A stretch of DNA of 60,191 nucleotides, filler included, from Gonapodya sp. JEL0774 (lineage: Eukaryota), in assembly GCA_027604505.1 (NCBI GenBank). It is 4 parts of 4 records of this genome, joined end to end, with 100 filler letters (N's around TTAATTAATTAA, not from the genome) between each part and the next. Parts side by side here need not be neighbours in the genome. Positions count along the whole stretch, not along the records: positions 1 to 15,059 come from JADIIX010000301.1; positions 15,160 to 30,200 come from JADIIX010000302.1; 2 more parts are not named here. One strand, written 5' to 3'. Both the position numbers and the translations under genes were made by a program. Below the pieces are notes generated by a model, which saw only the letters and a list, made by a program, of their open reading frames with translations, did not search any database and was not told the origin of the DNA. Shown here one piece after another: positions 13,399 through 27,011 of the stretch (position 1 is the first letter of the stretch; every line of letters begins with the position of its first letter).

Positions 13399-13749
13399 AC
13401 ACTTCCAAACCAAACACGAGATTGCTAATTGTAATTGTAATTCAAAAATACTTTCGACCGAGTCTAGATAGCTCTTTACTACAATACATGATTTCGTTCT
13501 ACGAGCTCGGTCGACAATTCCGCCGAACAGTAGGTAGATCAAAACGGAAACATACATACCACATGAAACAAACGATACTGAACCTGTTTTCAAAACTGAA
13601 GGATGCGATATTTACAGAACGGGGTCGCAGTACTTCAGGTACAGCAACCGCGCAAGAAAGTAGTCCAAAGTAGAAATATGCGTATTAGGCAAAAGCGCGA
13701 CCCGCGCGTACTCCTTTCGTATGCAATCCAAAGAACAGCTTGGGGTATG

Positions 13750-15059
13750 CGAAGGCATACCGGAAGCGCCAAGACCAATAGATGCGGCGAGCTTCCAAAC
13801 AGACTAAAATGACCTGTGCTCGAACTACAAAACCGTAGACGAAGAATGTATGGGCACTTTGGTATCGCCACGTGAGTGGAAAAGAGTGCTCACCGTTGAT
13901 CGAGCACATCAATGTGCGAACTTAATCTCACTCCAGAGATTCCACTCACTCTTCGGTGGGTGAAACAACTCGAATAGACTTGTCGCCTCCATTGATGGTG
14001 ACGGTGTCCGACGACGATTCTTCAGTCAGTGGATCTGCATCAACAGACGTCGCTGCCGAACTCCGTCGTATAAGTGGGATAGCCGCACCACCCGGTTTCG
14101 AAGCACTCGGTATAGAAATCTCATCGAATGCGGACGAATCACCTCCTATGATCGGGCTTTCGAGGTCCATCCTCGACTCTACATCTTCCGTTCCACTCTC
14201 AGATACGACGTCTTTCGCACCCCACGACTTGTTGGGGGAGGCAACACCGTTTCTCGAGTCTCGATTTTCTGTGGGGGAGGTTTTCCTTGTCTCACCCTCG
14301 AGTTCCTGAGTTTTGGTTCCAGAATGTGCTTTGAAATCATTTTCATCAGCCAGCTCTCCCGATTCCGCAACCAGCTCTCCCGATTCAACTGCCAGCTCTC
14401 CCTTGACCAGCTCTTCTACTGTGGACTCAAGGACCTTTGAAGCTACATTGACTTCCGCCTCGTCCACTCGATCACCCGCGCTGTCCGATCTTGATCTCAC
14501 ACGAGAAACTGGATCGTCGACAGCTCCATTGTTGCCTGGTACTTGACGACAGTGCGAATCAAGTTCAACCGCCGGATCCCTATCTGTCTGAAGAGTCGCT
14601 CCCGATTCAATATCCTCGGTGATCTTATGGTCCATGCTTGTAGGATCAAGTGCTAGAACTTCCAGAACGTTGGCTGCGGAAGTGGGAGGAGGGGTTCCGA
14701 AGATGAAGTCCGGATCCACACGGGTCTAAAACAGGAATGTAACAAACACGTTTATGAGCATCTCAAACGTGGAAGCAGGCGATCTCGCGTGTCAGCTTAC
14801 TTCTGATTCGCCAGGCAAGGCAGGCGCCTCTGAGCTTTCGATGGAGGGGGATTCGGTGTCTGTAATTGCTGACTTGTCCTCAACAACATTCGACACGCCA
14901 CTCGAACCGGAAGAAGGAACTGCCAGTGTTTGAGTTGTCAACTCCGGCGCACTAGAGCAAACGTCCTCATTGGATTCGACATTCTTTTCAACAACTGGGA
15001 GAGAAGGAGCACTCTCCGCCTTTGGCATCTCTGCGCTGCTGGTCGCAGCGGAAGAGTCA
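13750..15059 (-). CDS. Hypothetical acidic, low-complexity protein (5' end lost in gap, 3' end uncertain)
   Basis: ORFs 14792-15028 and 13946-14719 rich in E/S/D, joined by a GT-AG intron; probable further exon ~13750-13830. Confidence 0.5.
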
Positions 15060-15159
15060 NNNNNNNNNNNNNNNNNNNNNNNNNNNNNNNNNNNNNNNNN
15101 NNNTTAATTAATTAANNNNNNNNNNNNNNNNNNNNNNNNNNNNNNNNNNNNNNNNNNNN
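15060..15159. other. Assembly gap with TTAATTAATTAA linker
   Basis: N run with central six-frame-stop linker. Confidence 0.98.
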
Positions 15160-16262
15160 ACGTGATAATAAGATGCGACTGGTGATAACTCTACTTTCAG
15201 TGTCCTGTAGTAATTCAAAAACGCAAAAAGAGTTGCCGGCTTGTCCCATGCCCACTCAATTGACACCCCACCTGCACTGTTTGAGGAATTGTACTGTTGC
15301 TGCTCTGGCGTCAAGTGCGGCAACTTCCAATGCCCAACGAGGTGACCGTTGCCAGGGAGATAAGCGGGGTCTCCGTAGATTTGGTATGGTTCGTGGTTTG
15401 GGCCAAAAGCTGTCGAGGGGAAAACTTCTAGAAATGACAAAGTAGACACACTCAATCGACAACTCACCATGCTGTGAGAGAATATCATTGAGTCCGCTCA
15501 GTCTATAAATCGTGATGTCGTGATCCGGGCCCAGAAAAGGTCCGCAAAGATGTATGACGATCCCATCAGGGGTCACAACTCCTTGAAACTTGAGCGAATG
15601 CTGACGCTTGTGTCCGCTGTAGTACTTCCTTTGATGATGCGTTGGTCGCGCTATTCGACGCTCTGTTCCATCGATGAATCCGAAGATGGTTTGAAGTGGG
15701 GACCCGGCGGTGTGAACAGCATGGCAAAACTGCTTTAGCAACACCGGAGTCAGCCGCTGAGTATCCCACATCAAAATTTCCTTTGATTTGCGTGTGATTT
15801 CGTCGACAAGATAGGAGAGAATGCGAGAGAGCTCGTCCGCGGAGCGACCGAAGGTGAGGGCGATATCGGCGAGGCGATTGGGGAAGGTGAAACGACGAAG
15901 AAGCACACAGAGTGCCTCAATCCCAAGAAATCGAAGTCGATTTTCCAGGATGATGGTTTCGGGAATCCTGAGGGCTGCTTTCAGTCAAAATAGGTCGGTG
16001 TTTTTGAACCTATCGTGATTGGGGCAAAATATTCCTACATCTGGGGCCCCACAATGCAGATGGCAGTCACAACTCACCTAAAACGATGAATACAGTCTGC
16101 ATCTGAAAGCGCTCCGAGATCCAGGCGTGCTGCAGGGAACGCCGGTCGCTCTGGCGGAAGCAGACTCGCCGCAAGCAACAATCGGCGCCTTCTCCTGATC
16201 CTCTCCAGTCTGATGCTCACGAATGAAAAAGAATCGTCGGAGTCAGAGGTGTCCCCGTCCAT
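15160..16262 (-). mobile_element. PIF/Harbinger (HARBI1-like, DDE_Tnp_4) transposase, spliced, one premature stop, 3' end in gap
   Basis: LLRRFTFPNRLADIALTFGRS HTH region; FGFIDGT, YYSGHKRQHSLKFQGVVTPDG, IYGDPAY, VSIEWAW; introns ~16010-16077 and ~15410-15468; in-frame TGA ~15984. Confidence 0.9.
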
Positions 16263-16610
16263 TAAAGTGGTTGCGGAAAATTGGGAGCTGGTTTGAGTGC
16301 GCAAGGTCGCTCGGCTATTTAGTTTTTCACTTCACAAATTACAATAACTAAATGTGGTGCGCAACCTCTCTATTGGGGGTGTGAACCTCTTTCAATTCAG
16401 AGCTCGAAATCGAAACAACACTCATTTTGACAGAATCAAGACCGGGGATTGGTTTTTCTCAGCTATGATGGTCATGGCATAGAGGGGTATCTAGAATCAA
16501 TACATGGTTCATGTCACAAGTCAGCCTGTAGTTCAATCTTCTCTTTCAGTCCCGCAGCTGATCCCATCAGCCATCATCTCAAGAATCCAATGATTCTAAC
16601 TGTGCCGCTT

Positions 16611-16824
16611 TGTTGAGATATGGGTGTTTTGACATTTTGGACGGCTCTAGCGCAACAGGGAGGGGGAATTTGGGATAATTAATGGAGCAAAATTACTTGC
16701 TGCAAAATTCTCTACAAGTTTGTCCTTTACAGTTTTGTTGTAGCGTTATTGGTTAGTGAGCTACACTAGGGAACGTGGATAACTTGGTGCACACACTTGG
16801 AGATGGTGCTATGGTTGTCAGATA
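16611..16824 (+). repeat. Diverged inverted copy of hAT internal segment 18327-18540
   Basis: TAGCGTTATTGGTTAGTGAGCTACACTAGG and TAACTTGGTGCACACACTTGG are reverse complements of sequence at 18350-18410. Confidence 0.85.
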
Positions 16825-19800
16825 AACTAGATTAAGCTTTTTCTGTACAATGTGTTGGAACAGTTGAATTGGAACCACTCAACACGCTTTGACCAGGTGG
16901 TCCTGATGGCTCCATTGTCATCAGAGAGCGATGGCCGGCTAACACAATTCAGCTCTGTGGCAAACATGTCAATGGATGTTGCATCTCCGTGCAAGTCAGA
17001 GATGTCATTGCAATCCTCAAAATGCAATCATACCTCCCATGTCACAATCGGATGATGAAAGCTCAGACATTGACAAAGCTACAGAGGTCTGGAAATGGAT
17101 GGCAATCTGACAGGAACCTATCACGGACCTGGAAGTTTGTGTAAGTACAGTCTTATATTATGCAACGTCAACTGTTAGCTAAATATGATGAATGACTCTC
17201 AAGTTTCCACATGTTAAATGGAGAGATGGCTGTATTGTCAGTGTGGTCAATGATGAGGAGAATCTCAAAGGAATACACTGGGCTGATGGGGTAAGGGGGA
17301 CGGTTGAGTTACTGTTTGAAGAGCAAGAGAGGCCGGAATTTCAGCTCTTGTCAGTGGGTGCCAGGTGATCTGGTTGTGTTCTCACTCAACCTTTGGCCCT
17401 CGGGAATCTCTACTAACATCGTTTTTCCTTGACCTTCTGGTGCACAAACCATTGAGATTTGGTGTGAAATTGTTTCTAGGACTTTGCAGGGTGTTCTGTG
17501 ATGGAACCAGAAGAGCTTCAAGTATGGTGCATCTTCTATGACAAATATCTCCACAGGGAGTGACGCTAGGACAATGATAATATGCGCATTGGAACCGCGC
17601 CAAAGAGTAGATACGTTTAGGTAGTTGAACGACCTCTCTAGCATTCCTGGTTGTGGAGTTATGTGATGAGAGAACAGACTTAGTGTGTGGGAGAAAACTT
17701 TAGTACGTACGACCACAGTAGTGCATTGTGATCGAGCGATTGGGAAAATAGAAACGAGTCGCAACACAGAACAGCGACCGCAACTCTCAATACAAACACT
17801 TCTTTCTGGGATCTCTGGTCTGGTGCTGCACAAATTTGTATTCACAATCAGAGGTCAGCCTCCTTCTGGAGCTTTATTCGTGAAATCCATGCAAGGAAGG
17901 AGCCAGATGAGAGTGAAGACAATGTCAAAGAAGAATCTGATAGTTGGAGACTCCTATATTACTGTAAAACATGAAACATCACTTTTGCTTGTCATCAGTC
18001 ATAACTTATATGTCATTGGAAGATGTTAGTTCTACAACTACTTTCGAACATAGTTATTTTTGCCTTCCCAAAACTTAACAATTTAAATAGTCCATCCTCC
18101 TCCCATGACTTCAGGCGCATCGTTTGCTTGATTTTTTCTGCTGAGAGGTTGCCCTGCTTCTTGGTGACCATTTCCTTTGCGGCGTTGAATGACTGTTCCA
18201 AATCTGCTGTTGTTGCCGGAGTTCTGAGAACTGCTTGTGCAGTTTGGGCAAGGTTCAGATCGTCTTCTGTTGAGTGGTATGATCTTCTTATTTGGTCACG
18301 TTTGCACAAAAAAGGCGTATCTACTACATCTGTGGCCACAGTACTGTCCCCAAGTGTGTGCACCAAGTTACCCCCGTTGCCTAGTGTAGCTCACTAACCA
18401 ATAACGCTAGAGCAAAACTGTGGAGAACAAACTTGCAGAAAATTTTACGGAGAGCAATTTTCTCCATTTAATGTTCCCAAATTCCAACTCCCCGTGTTGC
18501 TAGAGCCGTCTGAAATGTGAAAACCTCCCATATCTCAACATCTTCTACCCACGTCCTAATCAAAAATGTCGTTGCAGATTGGAAGAATGAGAAGATATTC
18601 AGAGCAAGAAAACTCACCTTTCACCACTCGAGTGCATTGAGCAGCAAATGCTCCTCACCGTCTGCCATCTGCCTCTCTCCCGCGACTATATTTGTCACAG
18701 CATAATCAACAAGATCTGCACAGAGCTAGGTGTCCAACCCCATTCCACTGACTCCAGGTGTGCCATTCCCAGTGTTAAACAAGCAATGGAGCTGGAAAGT
18801 CATGCCCTCCTCCAATGGAGAAGTTGCCAAGGACTCTGCCTCTTTTGATTTACTTGGGGGCACCAAAGATTGTGGAGAGAATCGCTGACAAGCGGCCTTA
18901 ATGTTGGACCTAAACAGCAGCAAGCCAGGCCGGAGGGAGTCTATCTATTATCATGATACACAACAGTCACAAGAACTCGCATGGCATTGTCAATGCAGCG
19001 CTGATCCCAGTCATTCTTCCTTGCATACTCAAACTTGAGGCCAGTTTCAAGTACTGTACGTGGGTTAGTGAGACAAACAAAATGTCACCAAGCGTTGAGC
19101 ATGTCCACATTTGTAGTTTGTACAGAGAACATGCTGCCTCATAAAACTCACACATTGCATTTGTGTATGCAGCACCATCGGTGTGTTGGTACCACTTGAG
19201 CCACTTTGCCAGTGCAGCCCTCAAAGCTTCCACAAGTATGCCGTACTCTGGAGGGTGCTTTGTTTGTAGTCGCTCAATTTCGTCCTCAATGCCTTCAGCT
19301 CCACTGCTGTACGTAGCGATTCCATTCGAGACAGTATTGGTGTCAACTCGTTGCAGCCACTTTGAAATGACATCAAAGTGATCAGTGAGCTACATTCCAT
19401 TGTTGGGACCCAGCAATCAAGTTGTAGGGATAACACTTACCGACAAGTGTCCATTGATTGATCCTACCAAACGGGTACCCAGGGACCAACTACACATCCG
19501 TTCCTTTGCAACTTCCGGTCCTCTTCCACAAACTTGTTCAGAGGCTCCACATACTTCTCTGTAAAACAAAGCATTGTGCGTGCTGACAACCAGCAGGTTG
19601 AAGTTTTGAGGGGTGCTTTAAGCGGCTCGATTCCAAGGCCTTGCACATAGCAACAAATAACCAATAATTCCACCAACGATGTTCTCTTCGAGCGATGAAA
19701 CTCCCCATTCCTCAAAGCTACACCGTGCACTTTACAGTTTCTCTGCGCCAAACAGTGGTCTGGATGCTCACAACCTTTACTTTCGTGGAAAGTTTGGGAT

Positions 19801-21646
19801 ACCTCCAGTGTGAGAATGGGAGAATGCAAACCCATATAGGAAGACAATGAAGTCAAAGCTCTGCAAACTTCAGGTTCGTTGCTTTGGTTTGTTCTAGTGT
19901 TTGATTGCTGAAATCCCCAATTTTCCATTGTTTCCAGCGAGTTGCCCTTGTCTATGATCTCTACCTAAGAGCCGGACGGGTCAACGAGTACGAGCTCACG
20001 TTTGGTGGCAGCAAGTACACAAACTGGAACAAATTGTACGAGGCCATCAACAAAAACATTCCAAAGAACACTGTGAGTCATTCTTCAGTCCCGTTGGCAC
20101 TGTATTTTGGTACATTCTGAGCACTCTCATGTTCCAAGCCATTGTCTATCCCGGCACCCCAGGCTTCTCTTCCATTTACTTCTTCTCCTACACCTCCCAG
20201 GTCCACAACATCACAATGGCCAGTAATTCTCACCCCTCAGTAAATGCACCAGGTACTCCCCAAGCTAGTCGAGGCATTGTGTTGATGAGTGGACTTTTGC
20301 GTGAGTAACATGCACCTTGTTATATGGTCCATGATCAAGGTATAAGATGGGATAGTGACCCTAGAGATATTAACTCCTAGCACGTACCATTTTGACGAGT
20401 GAGATGCTCTTGTGCTCTGTGCATTCTGTCCTGTCCTCCTCCCTCAGGTTCTGTAGGGCTTCACCAACATCCTCAGCTCAAATATTTGTACTGAGCGAGT
20501 TGAGGTAGGTGTTTACTGCTAGGTTCATGTGGTGAGCTGAGCATAACACAAGATTGTCAGTTTGTGAGAATGGAATACCCTGCAATCCAAGATACTCGGC
20601 AAGTTCGTCAGCGGCAGTGAGGTTTGTGGATGCACTGTCAGAAATAAAGTTCCAAAACTACACTAAGTCAACAGAGTAATGCATTTGAGCCAATGTTCAA
20701 CCTGCAGACATCAATTAAAACGTTTCTAGGAGTGCGAACTCACCTTGTGCTCTATTCCAAAGTCCTTCAACACATCGGCAATCAGATCAGCAGATGATTC
20801 CCAGTGTGCTGACCATGCCTCTTGCAGAAGTCCAGTAAGAATGATCTCTGCACAAAATCCGGGTCCACAAAGTGGACCAATACACCAAGAAAGGGAATCA
20901 TGCTGGTATCTGATATCCAGCGGTCAAAAGAGAGCGACACAGTTAATTAATGCTTGGGTCTAGCTCAATGCAAGTGATGTGACAAGACATTCTGATTGAA
21001 TGATTACCAAGCATACCATTGAACACTCACCTGGAGGAACTCCTTCACCACATGTCATGTCAATATTGTCAGAGATCCTGTGTCAAGATACAGTTTCTAC
21101 TTGTGGATTCAGACATTTGACAAGTGATTTGAAGTTTGGTGTCTCGCTGATGCGAAATGAATGCTGGTCAAGAACAATCCACTTGATTATTTAACATCGG
21201 AACCGACCTGCAAGGTATGGAATCTAACAGCACGCAGCATCAATGCAGAAATTGCTCTGAGAAAGCCACAGTGTATGAAACTCACATTAAAATGAGCAGT
21301 GATTGTTGGCTGCTTTCTGTCAGAACCACGATTGTCAATGAACGCTGTCGACAGGCAGCAACTTCAGAAGTTGGGGAGCTTCTCCTCGTGCAGGAGCTTT
21401 GGAGCAATTTTGGCGTCAAAGTAAAGGTCCCAATGGTGAGCTTGGAGATGTTGAAAGGGTAAGGTGGTGTTGCCAGTTTTGTCAATAGTGAAGATGACCT
21501 CGCTGGAATTGTCCCATGGCATCATGAAACCCTCAAAACAATAGCAAGAAGTGAAATTTTGAACTCAAACAATGCCCCACATGGACTTCTTCTTCCATTC
21601 CAACCATCCTCTTTCCCGCGTGCGGTTTCCCTCTGGAAGTAGTTCC

Positions 21647-21936
21647 TGTTAGAAGTTGCAGCTTTATGCGACTGGATCTTGGATTGTGCACATGCACATT
21701 TGCCCCAAAAAAACACCATTCGGGCAAGTCCAAAACACCCCATGGACTTTAGGACTTACGGGGAGTATTTTCTCTTTACGTACTTTGGGGACATTACAAA
21801 ATAGGCCAAGTGCTAGACTATATAAGCTCAGAGATACTAAGTGTATTCAGTGACTCTACAAGATAAGTACTACACTACGGGGGAACCTCTGCCCAACAAC
21901 ACCCAGACAAGCTGTCACAGCAGAAGATTGATTATA
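21647..21936 (+). repeat. Copia 5' LTR
   Basis: TGTTAGAAG...TTGATTATA, direct repeat of 26198-26487. Confidence 0.9.
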
Positions 21937-24900
21937 CAGTTACAGTGCGAACTCTAGCAAGCATCTTTGCACTGCAGCAAGGCGTACACGAGTACATTCA
22001 AGGGACAGTGCCAAAGCCACTGGCAGCTGTTCCCAGGTCACTCACCAATGCACCTACTACCACCGCATCCGCATCCACAATCCCATCCCTCTCTGCAACT
22101 CCAGCAACCCTTACCGCTTCTGTCACCACCAGCAAGAGTTAGTGAGTTGGATGTGTGGCTGGCAAAGGACCGAATGGGGCAAGTACTTTTAATGGCAGCA
22201 ATCAATGAATGCCTCTTGGTTGCTATACAAGAGCGCGTACCTTCTGATCCTGTCAATTATACTTCCCACCTCATCTACAAGGCAAGCCTTGACACGGTTC
22301 GGCCCAACATTGCATCTCACACCATCTCTCTACACCGGCAACTCACTAAACAAGAACTCTGGTCCAATCAGACGATCACTATGTACCTTTCTGAGAAGGG
22401 GAGCTTGATCCGGCAGCTCTGCAATGTTTAAGGTCGCGATTATACTGTGAGCGAGGTCTTGAAGTGGGTTGGTGCTGGTTTGCCTGCAGAGTACAAACTC
22501 CAACTCGGATTGGCCGAGTTCAGACTGAAGGACGGCAAGTTGACAGTCAAGGATCTACGGATGATGCTCGTCATGATGGAACATCAGTTAGCAGCATAAG
22601 GTGGCAAGGCGGATGAGATTGGCAGTCAAGCATTCTCAAGTATGCACAACTCAGCTCGGTCTAGTGCGTCAGGCTCCAACTCCAAACCATTTCCCGGCAA
22701 CTGCAATAAGTGTAGGCAGAACGGCCACATGGCGCGCAATTGCTCTAGCAAGAAGGACACTTGGCAAAGTGGCGACCGGTCGAAGAGAGGTGGTGGCAGT
22801 GGAGAGGGTGGACGGGGCGGCAGCGGTGGGAAGAACAAGAGGGTTCCTTTCGCAAACGCAATGGACAATTACGTTTTCACACTCTCATTTGAGGACAGCT
22901 CCACCAACACTCACCTGAAACGATCCCCAACTGAGCTGATCTGGGACACTGGTGCGACTCGGAGCTTGTCCTTGTATCAAGCTTACAGAAATTTGGGAGG
23001 TCAAAGGGTTAACAGTCAAGATTCCAGGCGGAGGAACCCTATCTGTGACGGGTGTTGGAACGATAAGTGTGACTGCAGTGGATAGGGCTGAAAAGCCAAT
23101 GGGGACAATTCTACTCACGGAATCTTTTCTCGACCCCAAGTCTCACATCAAGATCGTGTCGCATGCCGCTTTTGCTGACGAGGGCTGCAAACTCGTAGGC
23201 AAAGGTCACTACTTTTTGATCAAGTAGAATGGCAAAACACTCTGTCACATTTCGCAAATCTCGGGGACCAAACTCTATGCGGTCCAAGGACTTCCAACTC
23301 ACCTCAGCGATTCTCCACATTCTGCTCTCATCAGCATGTCTGATACGTCAGAGTCTGTTGATCCCGCGCTGCTCTGGCATGAGCGCTTTGGACACCAGTC
23401 GCCGGGAAGGGTCTGGAAGACAATCGGTGGTGGACTGGTTAGCAGTGTCAACGTCAAGACTCCCACTGACATTGTGGTTGTTTGCCAACCATGCATGGAA
23501 GGCAAGCAGACTTACCGATCTTCCAACTGGAACACATCTAATGGTCCTCGGCCTTGTGCATATGGATCTGGGAGCGGCAAGTACTGTGTCGGTTGAGAAC
23601 GCACGTTTTTGGTTAATGATTGTGGACAACTTCTAGAGCATGGAATGGACTTTCCCACTTACCTCAAAAGCGAAAGCTCCAGTGGCTTTTGACGCTTGGA
23701 GGATTTGGGCCGAGAGGTACACTGGAGAGAAGGTCTCGGAGGTGCAGGTGGACAAGGGAGGCGAATTTATGTTGAAGGCATTCACAGGTCGCCTGGAGGA
23801 AGACAGTGACAGACACTTCAGAGCAGAACAGGGTAGCAGAGCGGCACATCAGGATCACAACTGAAGGAACACATACCTTACTGGCGTCATCCAGTCTTCC
23901 TAAGAAGTATTAGGTGATGGCGATGGACTCGTTTGTGCACGTAAGGAACCGGACTGTCTTTGGGAAGCTGGGTAAGACTTCTGCGGAGGTGTTCACGGGG
24001 AGGAAAACGGATGTGAGCCACCTTCGCATTTTCAGTTGTGATGCTTACCTTCAAATCCAAGACAACAAGCGTCGGAAGATGGACTCTAAGTCGCGGAAGT
24101 TGGTGATGGTTGGGTACGCAGAGAAAGAGGGGATGAAGGGATATCGTCTATTGGATAGAGAGACAGGAAAGTTGTTCTCGGGGAGCACTCGGGACACTGA
24201 TTTTGATGAAGCAACTCACATTCGGAAAACTTTCCCTCAGCTCTCTCCTGACTCTCTCCTGCTCGGACTTCAAGAGTATGTTGACAACTCACCCAACCCA
24301 ACTATGCCTGCCTTGATTGACGACGAGGACGGCAAGGGCAGCCTTCCTGAACCACGAGGTGGTATTAGGAAGGGCAATGAACACCTTACTGATGATGGCG
24401 GGTTGGCGCGGTTGTCTGGGGGAAATATGTCGGATCAGGTGCAGGAAGTAGCCAGGACACCAGAGAGGCCTAGTCAGTGTCTACCTCAGGCACCTGGAGC
24501 TCCCACCAAGGTCAACAAATGGTCAACTCTTCCTCCGCAAACCAAGATTCCTCGGTGTGCTGCTCAGCAGACATTTTATGGAGATACCTCGGATTCTGTG
24601 AATTGTTTGGACTTTTCCGGTGAGAGCATCAATGTTGTGAGAGAAAACATTGCAGAAGAGTACTTCAGCACGGTGGAAGCTGAGATGGAGAAGATGGAAA
24701 AGCATGGTGTGTTTAAGAGGTTGAAAGATTCGAAAATTGACGTCAAGGTGGTGGAACTTTGGTTTGTGTTGACAGAGAAACCTGCTCCGCAGGGCGGAGT
24801 GAAGAACAGGGCGAGACTTGTCGCAAGAGGTTACCAGGAAACAAACACTGATGGAATTGACAGTTATTCCCCAGTAGCTCACACCGAATCTCTGCGCATG

Positions 24901-26197
24901 ATGATTGCACTCTCAGTGTAGAACGGTTGGGTTATGGAACAAGTACACTTCGACACAGCATTTTTACAGTCAACAGAATTAGCCCCAGATGAACAAGTAA
25001 ACATTCAACTCCTGCTTGGAATTCCCATGCGGATCTTAGATAGGTTTGGTTTGAACGATGGGGAGAAGGTGAAGGTGAAGAAGCCACTGTACGGACTTCA
25101 GCAGAGCCCCTTCTTTGGAACAAAACTCTCTCCGAGTTCTTAGTGAAAAACGGATACAAAATGGCAGAAAAAGATCCATGTTTATTTGTTAGTACGGACT
25201 CTACTCATGCTCTACTCTTTCATGTAGACGATATGTTGGTGGCCGAGAAGCACGGAAGTGGAGGGAACGGGAAAGCGAAGAAGCTATTGGCGAAACAGTT
25301 TGACATGAAGGAAATCTGTCTGCTGGCAGTTCAAGCTGGTCTAGAAGGCAATTTATATTCATCAGGAGAAGTTTGCTAGCAACATGATAGAAGACTTCGG
25401 GATGGGAGAAGTAAGGGTCTTGAGGACCCCAATATTGGTAGCAAAGAATCTCCACAAAGATCACAGCAAAAAGCCTGGAGATGATCTTGACCAACTCAAA
25501 GGCATTTGATTTTGTGAGGCGATTCGTAGTTTGATGTGGCTGGCGAAGGGAACTCAACCTGACATTCTCTTTGCAGTCAGCTACTATGCCAGATACCAAG
25601 ACAAGTTCAGCATTGGCACTGGGAGGGAGTGAAGAAAATATTTGGTTATCTTAGAGGTACTTTAGATTACGGTTTAAAGTTTACTGCAGAGCAGGGAGCG
25701 GAGATTGTTGGGCACTCCAATGCGGATTGGGCAGAGAATGACCCGACCAGAAGGTCAAGCTCCAGCCACGTATTTTTGTTAGCAGGCGCTGGTATTTCAT
25801 TTGCAAGCAAGCGCCAGAAGCTAGTGGCGCTCTTGACAACTGAGGCGGTGTTGTACGCAATGACAGAGACTGCCTGTCAGGCTGCGTACCAGAGAAACCT
25901 TATGAGGGATTTGACCACAAAAACTGATCCCCTTCACATTTTCTCCAGCAGCAAAACTGGAATCAAAGTTGCGACTAGCTTCGTTATTTCACATGGGTGG
26001 ACAAAGCACATTGACGTGAGGGAGATGTGGATTAGGGAAGACGTCCAAGGAGGACAGGTCGAAGTAAAGCATATCACTGGTGTGGAAAATGTTGCAGACA
26101 TCTTCACTAAGCCTCTAGCTAGACCACTATTAGAGAAATACAAAGCGGGACTAGGTGTCTTTAGACTTAGGTTGTAAACCAGTCGCAGGCTGCTGGG

Positions 26198-26487
26198 GGT
26201 TAGAAGTCGCAGCTTGGTGCAACTGGAGGTTGGATTGTGCACCAGCACATTCACCACAAACAAACACCATTCAGGCAAGTCCAAAACACCCGATCGACTT
26301 TAGGACTTACGGGGAGTATTTTTTCTTTACGTACTTTGGGGACATTATGAAAAAGGCTGAGGGTTAGACTATATAAGCTCAGAGATACTAAGTGTATTCA
26401 GTGACTCTACAAGATAAGTACTACGCTATGGGGGAACCTCTGCCCAACCACGCCCAGACAAGCTGTCACAGCAGGAAATTGATTACA
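26198..26487 (+). repeat. Copia 3' LTR
   Basis: Follows a G-rich PPT; ends TTGATTACA, then TSD. Confidence 0.9.
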
Positions 26488-27011
26488 GTTCCATACTGGA
26501 CTTGTGAGTTTCTGCTTGTGGTTTTTCCGTTTTTGCAAGCAATCACCAGGGCTGTCAGGGTTGTTGCCGTCTGGATCGACATCGACATCGTTGGCGCCAG
26601 CAGGGGACTCAACACCTCCACTGGACCTTGCCCTCTTTGACCTGCTGTCACTGCTACTACCCTTGCACTTATTTTTCATGCATGTATTATTGTGAGTACC
26701 GTGTAAAGGGATTATTTATGTCCATGGTGTCCCAATCATCAAGAGAAGAGAAAACAGGATGGAAGTGGCCCAAGTGTGGAACAAAGTGGAACAGGGTTCT
26801 TACTGCCATGATTTTTACACAGTACAGATCGTGTTTGATAGATAAAACATGTAGATCAAATAAGTTTATAGGTGTTCATATATTTGCTCTGATTGTGACT
26901 CGGATCATGTGAGATCGGAATAAAACTCACCTCAAAATTGCCTGCTCAGATCGCGTTTTTTCGATCCGGTCCTCGATCTGATTGAGCTCGACAAGATCAC
27001 TTCACACACTG

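Larger units (their letters stand above)
21647..26487 (+). mobile_element. Full-length degenerate Ty1/Copia LTR retrotransposon
   Basis: Two ~290-bp LTRs; TSD GTTCC (21642-21646, 26488-26492); gag, CNKCRQNGHMARNC knuckle, protease WDTGAT, LWHERFGH..CQPC, integrase VDKGGEF, RT RARLVARGY and HVDDML, RNase H TKHIDVRE/NVADIFTKPL; many stops and frameshifts. Confidence 0.95.
17681..27011 (-). mobile_element. Degenerate hAT transposon (transposase ~26679 to 18013) interrupted by a Copia element
   Basis: BED finger LTSPVWN|YF...GNTTLPFQHLQAHH; FDRWISD, FLGVLVHFVD, FISDSASTN, CSAHHMNL; dimerisation domain PATTADLEQSFNAAKEMVTKKQGNLSAEKIKQTMRLKSW; candidate TIRs TAGTGTGTG (17681) and CAGTGTGTG (rc, 27011); no 8-bp TSD seen, so the ends are tentative. 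Confidence 0.8.

Noticed and set aside
19905..20120. Plus-strand 71-aa ORF inside the hAT as a captured gene
   Set aside because: Short, no recognisable motif; may be part of a variable hAT region
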